From contig CAXXUO010000001.1 in NCBI GenBank assembly GCA_963666485.2, positions 704,001 through 768,000 on the forward strand: a stretch of 64,000 nucleotides of DNA, in the 5' to 3' direction. A program made the translations under genes and the position numbers. Positions 56,555-64,000 of the stretch are shown piece by piece. Positions within the stretch are counted from its first letter, which is position 1. The number at the start of each line of letters is the position of its first letter. The notes below the pieces were generated by a model. The model was not told where the DNA came from. It saw nothing but the letters and a program-made list of their open reading frames with translations, and made no database searches. Source of the stretch: Syntrophorhabdaceae bacterium (lineage in GTDB: Bacteria > Desulfobacterota > Syntrophorhabdia > Syntrophorhabdales > Syntrophorhabdaceae).

Positions 56555-57616
56555 ATGACCGAAGAATTGGAAAAGTTCGATTTTTTCATCCAGATGCACC
56601 TGACCGAGCGGTGCAACCTCTCTTGCGCCCACTGCTACCAGGAAGGCGCGGCGCCCCCGGAAATGTCGCTTACGGAAATTACCGGGGCGGTCAAGAACAT
56701 TGCGGATACGATAGACACGTGGTCCGGGATCTATGGCGTGCCATTCTCACCCAGTTTTAACGTGACCGGCGGTGAACCGCTTTTAAGGGCAGATCTCAAG
56801 GAGGTCCTTCACGTTATATCGGAACACGGCTTTGCGATCTTTCTTTTGACGAACGGGATCCTGATCGACAAAGATACATCGCGCATGCTTGCCTCGATTC
56901 CCGTCAAGGGGGTGCAGGTAAGCCTCGAAGGCCCCGAAGACATACACGACCTGATCCGCGGCAGGGGCAGTTTCGCGTCGGCCATCGACGGTGCGCGCCG
57001 CCTCCTTGATGCGGGCATCATTGTCACGTTCAATGTGACCCTCTCCCGGATCAATGCCGGGTATTTCCCGGACATGATAGCGCTCGCTGCTGCCACCGGC
57101 GTGCAGAGGCTCGGGTTTTCGCGGCTCGTCCCGTACGGGCGCGGATTGAACCTGGTCGACAAGATGCTGGGGCCGGAGGAGGTCCGGTCAATCTACGAGC
57201 AGGTCCTGTCCCGTCACATACCCGGTCTCGAGATCGTCACCGGGGACCCTCTCGCATCGCAGCTTAACGTCGGAAGCACAGTGACGGATCCCGGTGATTT
57301 TCCCTTAGGCGGATGCGCGGCCGGCATATCCGGCATCACGGTCCTTCCCGACGGGACATTGACGCCCTGCCGGAGGCTGGGCATACCAATCGGCAACCTC
57401 CTGAAGGATTCGCTTCGTGAGGTCTGGGCAAATTCGGATGTCCTCAATGCACTCCGCGACAAAACCGCATACAAGGGCAAGTGCTCAATGTGCAGCCGCT
57501 GGGCGGGATGCAGGGGATGCAGGGCGATCGCATACGCACATTCCCTGTGGCAGGGAAGAAGCGATTTCCTGGGGGAAGACCCGCAGTGTTTCATAGATGC
57601 GGGCGATGGGCAATAG
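56555..57616 (+). CDS. Radical SAM/SPASM domain protein, putative peptide maturase
   Basis: CNLSCAHC and TGGEP; SPASM GCAAG...TPC...CSMC...CRGCRA...DPQC. Confidence 0.9.
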   Translation: MTEELEKFDFFIQMHLTERCNLSCAHCYQEGAAPPEMSLTEITGAVKNIADTIDTWSGIYGVPFSPSFNVTGGEPLLRADLKEVLHVISEHGFAIFLLTNGILIDKDTSRMLASIPVKGVQVSLEGPEDIHDLIRGRGSFASAIDGARRLLDAGIIVTFNVTLSRINAGYFPDMIALAAATGVQRLGFSRLVPYGRGLNLVDKMLGPEEVRSIYEQVLSRHIPGLEIVTGDPLASQLNVGSTVTDPGDFPLGGCAAGISGITVLPDGTLTPCRRLGIPIGNLLKDSLREVWANSDVLNALRDKTAYKGKCSMCSRWAGCRGCRAIAYAHSLWQGRSDFLGEDPQCFIDAGDGQ

Positions 57617-57693
57617 GCGAGGGGCGAGGGGAAAATACTCAAAGAACTGGAAAAATAAGCCCCCCACTTATTTATAATATAACCCGAACCCTC

Positions 57694-57818
57694 CTATCGC
57701 CCATCGCCTATGACCGTACCGATTAATAAACTTTTTCCGATCGCCCCTTGCCTATCGGCCATCGCCGGACCGATTAATAAAGTTTTTCCTATCGCCTCTT
57801 GCCTATCGCCTATCGCCT
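57694..57818. repeat. 51-bp tandem duplication built on CTATCGC heptamers
   Basis: accgattaataaa(c/g)tttttcc... at 57718 and 57769. Confidence 0.75.
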
Positions 57819-57844
57819 GTTCCATAATACGCGTAGGCTGATCT

Positions 57845-58753
57845 ATGAAAGACGGGGATGATCTCAAAGGGCTCCTTGAATATCTCGCCAAAGCAGCGAA
57901 AGAGATAGCACGGGGCGATTACGAGGGGGCGGGCAAGTTATTCGAACTAACGAAGGCCGGAAAATACCCGGCGGACATAGCCGACCTTGCCGAGGCCTTC
58001 GGCATGATGATGGTCATGGTCGAGGCCCGCGAGGAAAGGCTCGAGACCCTCATCGATGACTTAAGACATCAGAAAGCATTGCTCGAGGAGGCCTCGAAGG
58101 CCTTAAAGCAGGCGAACATCGGCGTGCTCGAAGTTCTCGGCAGTGCCATAGCCAAAAGGGACCACGACACGATAGCGCACAATTACCGGGTGACCTTCTA
58201 TGCCTATAAACTGGGGCAGACCACGGGCCACCCGGAAAACTATCTCAGGAGCCTTGTAAAAGGCGCATTTCTTCATGACGTTGGCAAAATTGGCATAAGT
58301 GACAGGATCCTTCTCAAAGAAGGCCGGCTGACGGAAAGGGAGTTCCAGATCATGAAAGGCCATGTCCGGCACGGTTCCGATATCATCGGCGGTTACCCCT
58401 GGCTCAGTGATTGCCTCGACGTCGTGCTCCATCATCACGAAAAGTTCGATGGTACGGGATACGCGACAGGATTGAAAAAATACGACATCCCGATCAATGC
58501 CCGGATATTCGCGGTCGCAGATGTCTTTGACGCACTGACGAGCGTACGCCCCTATAAGCGCGCCCTCTCTTACGATGAGGCCATGGATATAATGCAAAAA
58601 GGCCGGGGCACCCATTTTGACCCTGACATGATCGACGGGCTGACCATGATCGGGCAGGACCTGTACCGCGAGATATACGGGTCCGATGATGACCGCCTCC
58701 GCGACATCCTGAAATCCCATATCGAAACACTGTTCAAAGACGACCAACCCTAG
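57845..58753 (+). CDS. HD-GYP domain phosphohydrolase with HAMP-like N-terminus
   Basis: LHDVGKIG, HHEKFDGTGY, ADVFDALTS and GTHFDP motifs. Confidence 0.88.
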   Translation: MKDGDDLKGLLEYLAKAAKEIARGDYEGAGKLFELTKAGKYPADIADLAEAFGMMMVMVEAREERLETLIDDLRHQKALLEEASKALKQANIGVLEVLGSAIAKRDHDTIAHNYRVTFYAYKLGQTTGHPENYLRSLVKGAFLHDVGKIGISDRILLKEGRLTEREFQIMKGHVRHGSDIIGGYPWLSDCLDVVLHHHEKFDGTGYATGLKKYDIPINARIFAVADVFDALTSVRPYKRALSYDEAMDIMQKGRGTHFDPDMIDGLTMIGQDLYREIYGSDDDRLRDILKSHIETLFKDDQP

Positions 58754-58761
58754 GAGATATC

Positions 58762-58976
58762 CTCTCGCCCGTTCGTCGCTTGCGCTCCTCTCTAGAGCCC
58801 GCAGAGTTCTCGGAGAAAGGCGGATTGTTAATTTCCTTGCATTGTTTTTTTTCTTTTCCTCGGCGAAGCCGACGAAAGTGCCGGCTGGTCGTGGTCGGCT
58901 CCGCGACCAGCCGGCAAAGTCTTTTCTCTTCGCAGTTCTCTGTGCTCTCTGTGAGCTCGAGCGAAGCGGGCGAGAG
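58762..58976. repeat. Palindromic MITE-like element of about 215 bp, copy 2
   Basis: Near-identical to 36559-36752 with a short internal insertion; between convergent genes. Confidence 0.88.
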
Positions 58977-58982
58977 AGTTTT

Positions 58983-60092
58983 TTATTCTTTTACGTCAAT
59001 CTTTTCGTGGGGTGATTGTTCCTGAGTGGCGCGGCTCCGTTCCGCCTCGGAATAACGGAATATCTCAAAGACGGACAGGAAAAGCGCAAGGATCAGGGGG
59101 CCGAGGATCAGGCCGATGAACCCGAAGGCCTGAATGCCCCCGAGAATGGCAAAAAAGATAGCTATCGTGGGCATCTTTATTTTGCCCCTGACGATCAGGG
59201 GCCTCAGGACGTTGTCGATCCCCGCTATTATGACAACTCCCACGATGAGAAGGATGACCGCTTTCAAATACTGCGTCTGGAACAGGAGGTAGATCGTCGC
59301 AGGGCCCCAGATGATAAATGTGCCGACCACGGGGACAAACGACGCGACAAACATGGCAAGGCCCCAGAACACCGGCGAGTGAATGCCGAGTATTGCGAAG
59401 GCGGTGCCCCCTATCAGGCCCTGCGCCATCCCGACGACGACGCCGCCGTAAATGGTAGACACGACAATATCTTTTGTTTGCTGGAGGAGCCTCTCCCGCT
59501 GCCTGCGCGAAAAAGGCATGAAGCTTTCAAGCTTCTCTATGAACACGGGGCCGTCTTCGAGAAAGAAAAAGATCGAGAACAGCATGAGCACAAAATGAAT
59601 CCCGACGGTAAGTACATTGCCAAAACCTGACCTGATCAACCCCGTTGATTCCTTCGCTACATTGATGAGGCTCGTTGAGATAGCTTTGTAGAGCTCCTGT
59701 TCCGTCATGTGGACGGCATTCAAGATCTTCTGGACCGTCGATTTGACGAGCGGATGCGATAAGAATGTCTGGACAAAGCCGATGTTCCCGTTCTGATCCT
59801 GAAAGTGGCTCACGAGGTTGATCAGTTCCTGGCTCAGAACATAGGCGAAATAGGAAAACGGGCCTATGAGAATGGCAACGATCATGAGAAGGGTCACAAG
59901 CGACGATATGACCTTGGACTTCACGTATTTCAGGATAAATGCGTATACGGGATAGAAGACAAGGGAAAGAACGATCGCCCACATGATCGGTGACAGGAAA
60001 GGGCGTATGATCTGATACGAGAAATATCCGAGTATGATCAGTATAACGATGAGAACAATGCTGTAAAACCTGTTTTCCCTGGCCAACTCCAC
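58983..60092 (-). CDS. AI-2E family transporter
   Basis: Multi-TM; QGLIGG, SFVPVVG, DNVLRP and GFIGLILGP; start uncertain. Confidence 0.88.
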   Translation of the reverse strand: MELARENRFYSIVLIVILIILGYFSYQIIRPFLSPIMWAIVLSLVFYPVYAFILKYVKSKVISSLVTLLMIVAILIGPFSYFAYVLSQELINLVSHFQDQNGNIGFVQTFLSHPLVKSTVQKILNAVHMTEQELYKAISTSLINVAKESTGLIRSGFGNVLTVGIHFVLMLFSIFFFLEDGPVFIEKLESFMPFSRRQRERLLQQTKDIVVSTIYGGVVVGMAQGLIGGTAFAILGIHSPVFWGLAMFVASFVPVVGTFIIWGPATIYLLFQTQYLKAVILLIVGVVIIAGIDNVLRPLIVRGKIKMPTIAIFFAILGGIQAFGFIGLILGPLILALFLSVFEIFRYSEAERSRATQEQSPHEKIDVKE

Positions 60093-60104
60093 CCCGATAA
60101 GCAC

Positions 60105-60136
60105 AGGGCTGCCTCCCGCCTCAGGGAGACAGCCCT
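60105..60136 (-). terminator. Stem-loop downstream of the YtxH gene
   Basis: AGGGCTGcCTCCC-loop-GGGAGaCAGCCCT; no clear T-tract. Confidence 0.45.
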
Positions 60137-60168
60137 CGTGAAAAAGTCAGAATAAGTTTCCTGTATTT

Positions 60169-60504
60169 CTAGCCCTGTTTTTCTCTATCGTATGCCTCTT
60201 TGCCCGCTTCAACCGCTCGCGAGATGATATTTTTCTCTTTATCCAGAAACTCTTTTCCCTTTTCCACGTACCCGGACGCCTTGTCCTTGACCTGGCCCAC
60301 ATACTCGGACGCCTTGTCCGTGACCTGGTGGACATAATCCTCTGCCTTATCCCGTGTGTCCTCGGCGAAATCCCTGATCATCTTCCGGGTTTCCGGGCCG
60401 GTCTTGGGTGTGGTGAGAAGGGCAACACCGGCGCCGATGATCCCGCCGATGAAAAAAGAAAGGAGAACTGCGCCTGCACCATAACCGCTATCCTGCTGTC
60501 CCAT
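60169..60504 (-). CDS. YtxH domain protein
   Basis: FFIGGIIGAGVALLTTPKTGPETR followed by amphipathic repeats. Confidence 0.88.
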   Translation of the reverse strand: MGQQDSGYGAGAVLLSFFIGGIIGAGVALLTTPKTGPETRKMIRDFAEDTRDKAEDYVHQVTDKASEYVGQVKDKASGYVEKGKEFLDKEKNIISRAVEAGKEAYDREKQG

Positions 60505-60522
60505 TACGTTACCTCCTGTTTT

Positions 60523-60918
60523 TTATCGCTCTACGCCGCGCCCGGGCCAGGCATTCTTCACAAAATACTCAACGCCCGCCCTGATACCGGCTGTGATCCC
60601 CCGCGTTTCACTGATGGATGACGTGGCCGCACTCCTTACCGCCTGACTTGCCTGTTCTATGTTCTCGCCAACACGCTTGACCGAGCTTGAGACATCCTTG
60701 AGGCTGTCGGTTACCTCGCCCACATCGTCCGTTATCCTCCGGATGCTCTGCAGGGTCATCTGGACCTCCTGGAGGGTGGGTTTCAGAGTCTCCTCGGTCG
60801 ACGCTATGAACGCATTCACCGTCGCCAGTGTCCTCTTGAGCCCGACTATGAGATAGATGATGTAAATGACCAGTATCACTACTGCCAGGGTAATAATACC
60901 CAGCCATATCGTGTTCAT
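60523..60918 (-). CDS. DUF948 (YtxG-like) protein
   Basis: N-terminal TM plus coiled coil; usual partner of YtxH. Confidence 0.75.
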   Translation of the reverse strand: MNTIWLGIITLAVVILVIYIIYLIVGLKRTLATVNAFIASTEETLKPTLQEVQMTLQSIRRITDDVGEVTDSLKDVSSSVKRVGENIEQASQAVRSAATSSISETRGITAGIRAGVEYFVKNAWPGRGVER

Positions 60919-61188
60919 TCGATATCCCTCCCCTTGCCTTGCGACCCCCCGGTCTCCGAATGCCGGTGAAATACGGGCAATCCTGCCGGCGGAACTTACG
61001 ACATTATAACCATTGTATCACATCAACACAAGCCTTCAGACGGGGAGGGATGATATTATCCGGAGCGAATTGATACTACAGTGAAAGGTCCTCCCGGCAT
61101 AAAATGCCGGTCCTTAAGCCCGGAACATGGAACTCGGGCGTTTTTTTCGTTATAATGAGGCATCCACGATACTATGAGGAGGCTTAAC

Positions 61189-61734
61189 ATGAAGAATGCG
61201 GTGGTCCTTTTTGGAAGCCCGAGAAAGATGGGAAACACGGCGGAACTCGCCCGCACGGTGATCGCCACATTGAGAGACAAGGGCTGGGGCGTCAGGACGC
61301 TCTACCTCAATGACATGAACATCCGGCCGTGCCAGGGATGCTACGTCTGCCTGCCCGGCGGGGTCTGCAAGATCCAGGATGATATGAAGGATGTCCGCAA
61401 GTACATCATGGAATCCGATCTTATCGTTTATGCCACGCCCATATACTGGTTCGGCCCGTCGGGGCAGTTGAAGCTCGCCATGGACAGGTCGATCGCCTTC
61501 ATGGACGAGAATTTCGCGTCCCGCGTTAAAGGCAAGAAGGCCATAACCCTCACGACGTTCGGGGATGAGAACATTGATTCATGCCAGCCGGCGATCGACA
61601 TGTTCACGAAGACGTTCGACCTGCTCGGCATCGCATATGCCGGGGCGGTCAACGCCCCCGGATGCCAGCCTCAAGGCGGTGTCGCACATCAGTATATCGA
61701 GAAGGCGAAGGAGCTCGCGGAATCGGTCGCATGA
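61189..61734 (+). CDS. Iron-sulfur flavoprotein / flavodoxin-like FMN reductase
   Basis: GSPRKMGNT, PCQGCYVC...C and ATPIYW motifs. Confidence 0.88.
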   Translation: MKNAVVLFGSPRKMGNTAELARTVIATLRDKGWGVRTLYLNDMNIRPCQGCYVCLPGGVCKIQDDMKDVRKYIMESDLIVYATPIYWFGPSGQLKLAMDRSIAFMDENFASRVKGKKAITLTTFGDENIDSCQPAIDMFTKTFDLLGIAYAGAVNAPGCQPQGGVAHQYIEKAKELAESVA

Positions 61735-62462
61735 ACATTCGCGGCCCGTTATATTTCATTACAAAAAAGACAGGCAAAGCCATCTGGGATTACAAGATGA
61801 TCGCAGACGGGGACAAGCTCATCATGGCGGTCTCCGGCGGAAAGGACAGCCTCTGTCTCTTGAGGATCATGCAGGAGCGCCTTAAATTCGTCCCTATCCG
61901 GTACGAGCTGATCGCCTGCCACGTGGACATGGGGTTTCCCTGGGTGAATACCGATACGCTCCGGTCGCACTTTGAAAAAGAAGGGGTCGCTTACACGATA
62001 GTCCCGCCCCCCGATGCCTGGCAGGAACAGAAAGACAATTTCGACTGTTTCTGGTGCAGCTGGAACCGCCGCAAGGCCATCTTTGACCTTGCGGGCAGGA
62101 TAAAAGCGAACAAGATCGTCTTCGCCCATCACATGGACGACATCATCGAAACCATGCTCCTGAATCTTTTCTTTCAGGGTGAGATCGGGACCATGATGCC
62201 CTATCAGGAGATGTTCGAAGGCGAACTCGCGATCATACGCCCCCTTGCGTATGTCGAAGAGCACGAGCTCGCACGCATCGCAAACCTCCTTCACCTGCCC
62301 GTCGCCGCATCCGCCTGCCCGCACGGGGACACATCGAAGCGCGCCCTTGTAAAAAGCATTGTCGGCGACCTGAGAAAGCACAACCGCAACGTAAAAAAGA
62401 ACATCTTCCGCAGCCTGACAAGAATAAGGCAAGATTATCTGCCGGAGATACCGCCGAACTGA
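61731..62462 (+). CDS. ttcA: tRNA 2-thiocytidine biosynthesis protein TtcA family
   Basis: PP-loop SGGKDS, CFWC, HHMDD, IRPL and CP. Confidence 0.85.
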   Translation: MNIRGPLYFITKKTGKAIWDYKMIADGDKLIMAVSGGKDSLCLLRIMQERLKFVPIRYELIACHVDMGFPWVNTDTLRSHFEKEGVAYTIVPPPDAWQEQKDNFDCFWCSWNRRKAIFDLAGRIKANKIVFAHHMDDIIETMLLNLFFQGEIGTMMPYQEMFEGELAIIRPLAYVEEHELARIANLLHLPVAASACPHGDTSKRALVKSIVGDLRKHNRNVKKNIFRSLTRIRQDYLPEIPPN

Positions 62463-62465
62463 AAA

Positions 62466-62599
62466 GGTTCAAAGTTCAAGGTTCAAAGTTCAAGGCTAAA
62501 AACCCGTATTCTATAAAAACTCGGTACGTTAATACGGGTATCGCGCCGGTTAAGGGGGGTCTTGTCTTTACATTGAACTTTGAACCTTGAACCTTGAAC
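62466..62599. repeat. Inverted heptamer arrays (GGTTCAA)n / (TTGAACC)n
   Basis: Between convergent ttcA and DUF2752 genes. Confidence 0.88.
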
Positions 62600-62604
62600 A
62601 TTTT

Positions 62605-63006
62605 TTAGTGCAGATGCGGGAGGAGGCGATCGAATACCCAGAACGTTATGACAAGAGACAGGGATGCCGCGTAGAAAACAGGCAGCGCATGCTCAAGCCG
62701 GGTGCGGACCGGTTTGAACCAACGCACGGGCACTATGCTGAGCGCCAGGACGAAGAGGAGAAAGAAACAGAAGGGGTTGTAAAGGAGCGCGTTGCCGGGG
62801 TTTCCTGTTATGAGGCTCGTCATGGCGCGGGTCATGCCGCACCCGGGACACTCAACGCCCGTAATCACTTTAAAGGGGCAAAAAACGGGAATGGCGCCCG
62901 CTAACCTGTCGATACGCACCATTCCCGTCGTGTTCACAACAATGAGAAGCAGGAAAACGGCGGCACATATAAGCGCCATCTTCCTGGGGATCAGGTAGTG
63001 CTGCAT
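62605..63006 (-). CDS. DUF2752 membrane protein
   Basis: CPFKVITGVECPGCGMTRA...YNP. Confidence 0.88.
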   Translation of the reverse strand: MQHYLIPRKMALICAAVFLLLIVVNTTGMVRIDRLAGAIPVFCPFKVITGVECPGCGMTRAMTSLITGNPGNALLYNPFCFFLLFVLALSIVPVRWFKPVRTRLEHALPVFYAASLSLVITFWVFDRLLPHLH

Positions 63007-63009
63007 ATG

Positions 63010-63600
63010 TTATTTTCCGAAGAACTTGTTTATTTCATTCTGTTGGAGCGCGTCCGCCACGACATTCAAGCCGATTATGGTCAGGATAAGGCTCAGCACG
63101 GGAAGGTCCTTCGATTTCGGCCTGCCGTGTTTTTCCTGTGCCTCCGCAATCCCCTGCGCGAGAAGATACTCATAATAAATATTGTAAAGGCCGCAGGTGA
63201 CAAGGGTAAGGATGAACCACATCCCGAACTTGTACCTGTCCTGCCCGAGGAGGTGGTTCACCGCCCTGAACTGCCGTGCCTGCCAGAAGAAATAATAAAT
63301 GCCGCAGGTGACCACGGAAAGAACGACGTCGAGCGCAATGTTCGAGGTGTAGGAACCGGCCTGCGGGTCGGACAGGGGAGGCAGCGGTTCATATCGTGCC
63401 CCGCCCTCGGTACCGACATCGCCTTCGGGTGCCCCGATCGATTTGCCGCAGTCCGGGCAGAACATCGTCCCCGGGGCTACCTCCGTGTTGCAGTGGGGAC
63501 AGTGGGCGTGCGCAGATTCCGGCGCCATTAATTCTTTCCCGCATTTTATGCAGAACTTTGATCCTTCGGGACTTTCGTTGCCACAATTTTCACAGCGCAT
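63010..63600 (-). CDS. Double zinc ribbon plus DUF4234-like membrane protein
   Basis: Four CxxC motifs; VTCGIY and VTCGLY; QNEIN end. Confidence 0.8.
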   Translation of the reverse strand: MRCENCGNESPEGSKFCIKCGKELMAPESAHAHCPHCNTEVAPGTMFCPDCGKSIGAPEGDVGTEGGARYEPLPPLSDPQAGSYTSNIALDVVLSVVTCGIYYFFWQARQFRAVNHLLGQDRYKFGMWFILTLVTCGLYNIYYEYLLAQGIAEAQEKHGRPKSKDLPVLSLILTIIGLNVVADALQQNEINKFFGK

Positions 63601-63813
63601 GAAGCACCCCCTGGCGATTTTTTTTCGATTGTACCAATGCGCCGGGAAAATTGTAAAGGAAAACCCGCCGGTAAATTCCCGCGTTGCCCGGCATATTCAC
63701 GAACGTGACAGGTACTTTCAAGACCTGAAAATTGACCTTTTGAAACGAGCAGTTGCAACTAGCTGATATTATTAGCTCAATGTGAGCGAATCTTTATTTT
63801 TGCTCAAAACATC

Positions 63814-63842
63814 TTGACATAGAGATCACATCCTACGATAAT
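63814..63842 (+). promoter_or_regulatory. Sigma70 promoter TTGACA-17-GATAAT
   Basis: Seen directly. Confidence 0.65.
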
Positions 63843-63847
63843 TAGTT

Positions 63848-63957
63848 TAGATGTAGTGCTAGTTTTTTGGGTTCAGGGACACATGTAGGTCCCTGGAGGC
63901 GATGTTAGGATGGTCGGGCCGCCACCTGGAGTGAGTTCTCCGGGATGCGGCTTTTTT
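63848..63957 (+). ncRNA. Candidate sRNA or attenuated 5' leader of about 110 nt
   Basis: Lies between the promoter and a GCCGC...GCGGC-TTTTTT terminator; internal hairpin CAGGGAC/GTCCCTG. Confidence 0.4.
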
Positions 63958-64000
63958 GTTGGTGATTTTTTAAAGGCTGTTCATTACAACTGAATATGTA

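Noticed and set aside
57694..57818. Possible mini-CRISPR array
   Set aside because: Only two units, no unique spacers and no cas genes.
57845..58753. GYP to GYA change in the HD-GYP protein as a sign of inactivity
   Set aside because: The metal-binding HD, HH and D residues are intact, and this loop is known to vary.
63896..63950. Fluoride riboswitch (GGCGATG start)
   Set aside because: The complementary CGCC pseudoknot spacing and downstream conserved motif do not fit.

Overview
Chromosomal window from an anaerobic, GC-rich (visually about 55-60% GC) bacterium. The gene repertoire suggests a syntrophic Desulfobacterota/deltaproteobacterium such as Syntrophorhabdaceae, which is inference only. 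It holds about 50 CDS: a glmU-like/glmM/nucleotidyltransferase/hydantoinase/deacetylase operon, EndoQ-like and NUDIX genes, rlmN, two sigma54-linked FecR-domain proteins, a B12 radical SAM protein, DUF748, a complete V/A-type ATPase operon, a redox block (fused NfnAB, a sensory [FeFe]-hydrogenase-like kinase phosphorelay, a NuoEFG/Bfu-like module plus split NfnAB), and housekeeping genes. The best candidate for an undescribed system is at 56.2-57.6 kb. An unannotated 40-codon ORF with a strong RBS ends in C-H-K-(TGA)-K-S-(TGA)-K-G-TAG. It is followed at once by a hairpin matching the E. coli fdhF SECIS core and then by a radical SAM/SPASM gene. This reads as a putative di-selenocysteine (CxxUxxU) RiPP precursor and its maturase. 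Other highlights are an orphan structured RNA of about 190 nt with its own promoter and terminator (9.8-10.06 kb), a second sRNA candidate at the window end, and three families of intergenic repeats. No rRNA, tRNA, CRISPR array or intact transposase was seen. All family calls are from motif recognition by eye, with no database searches run.
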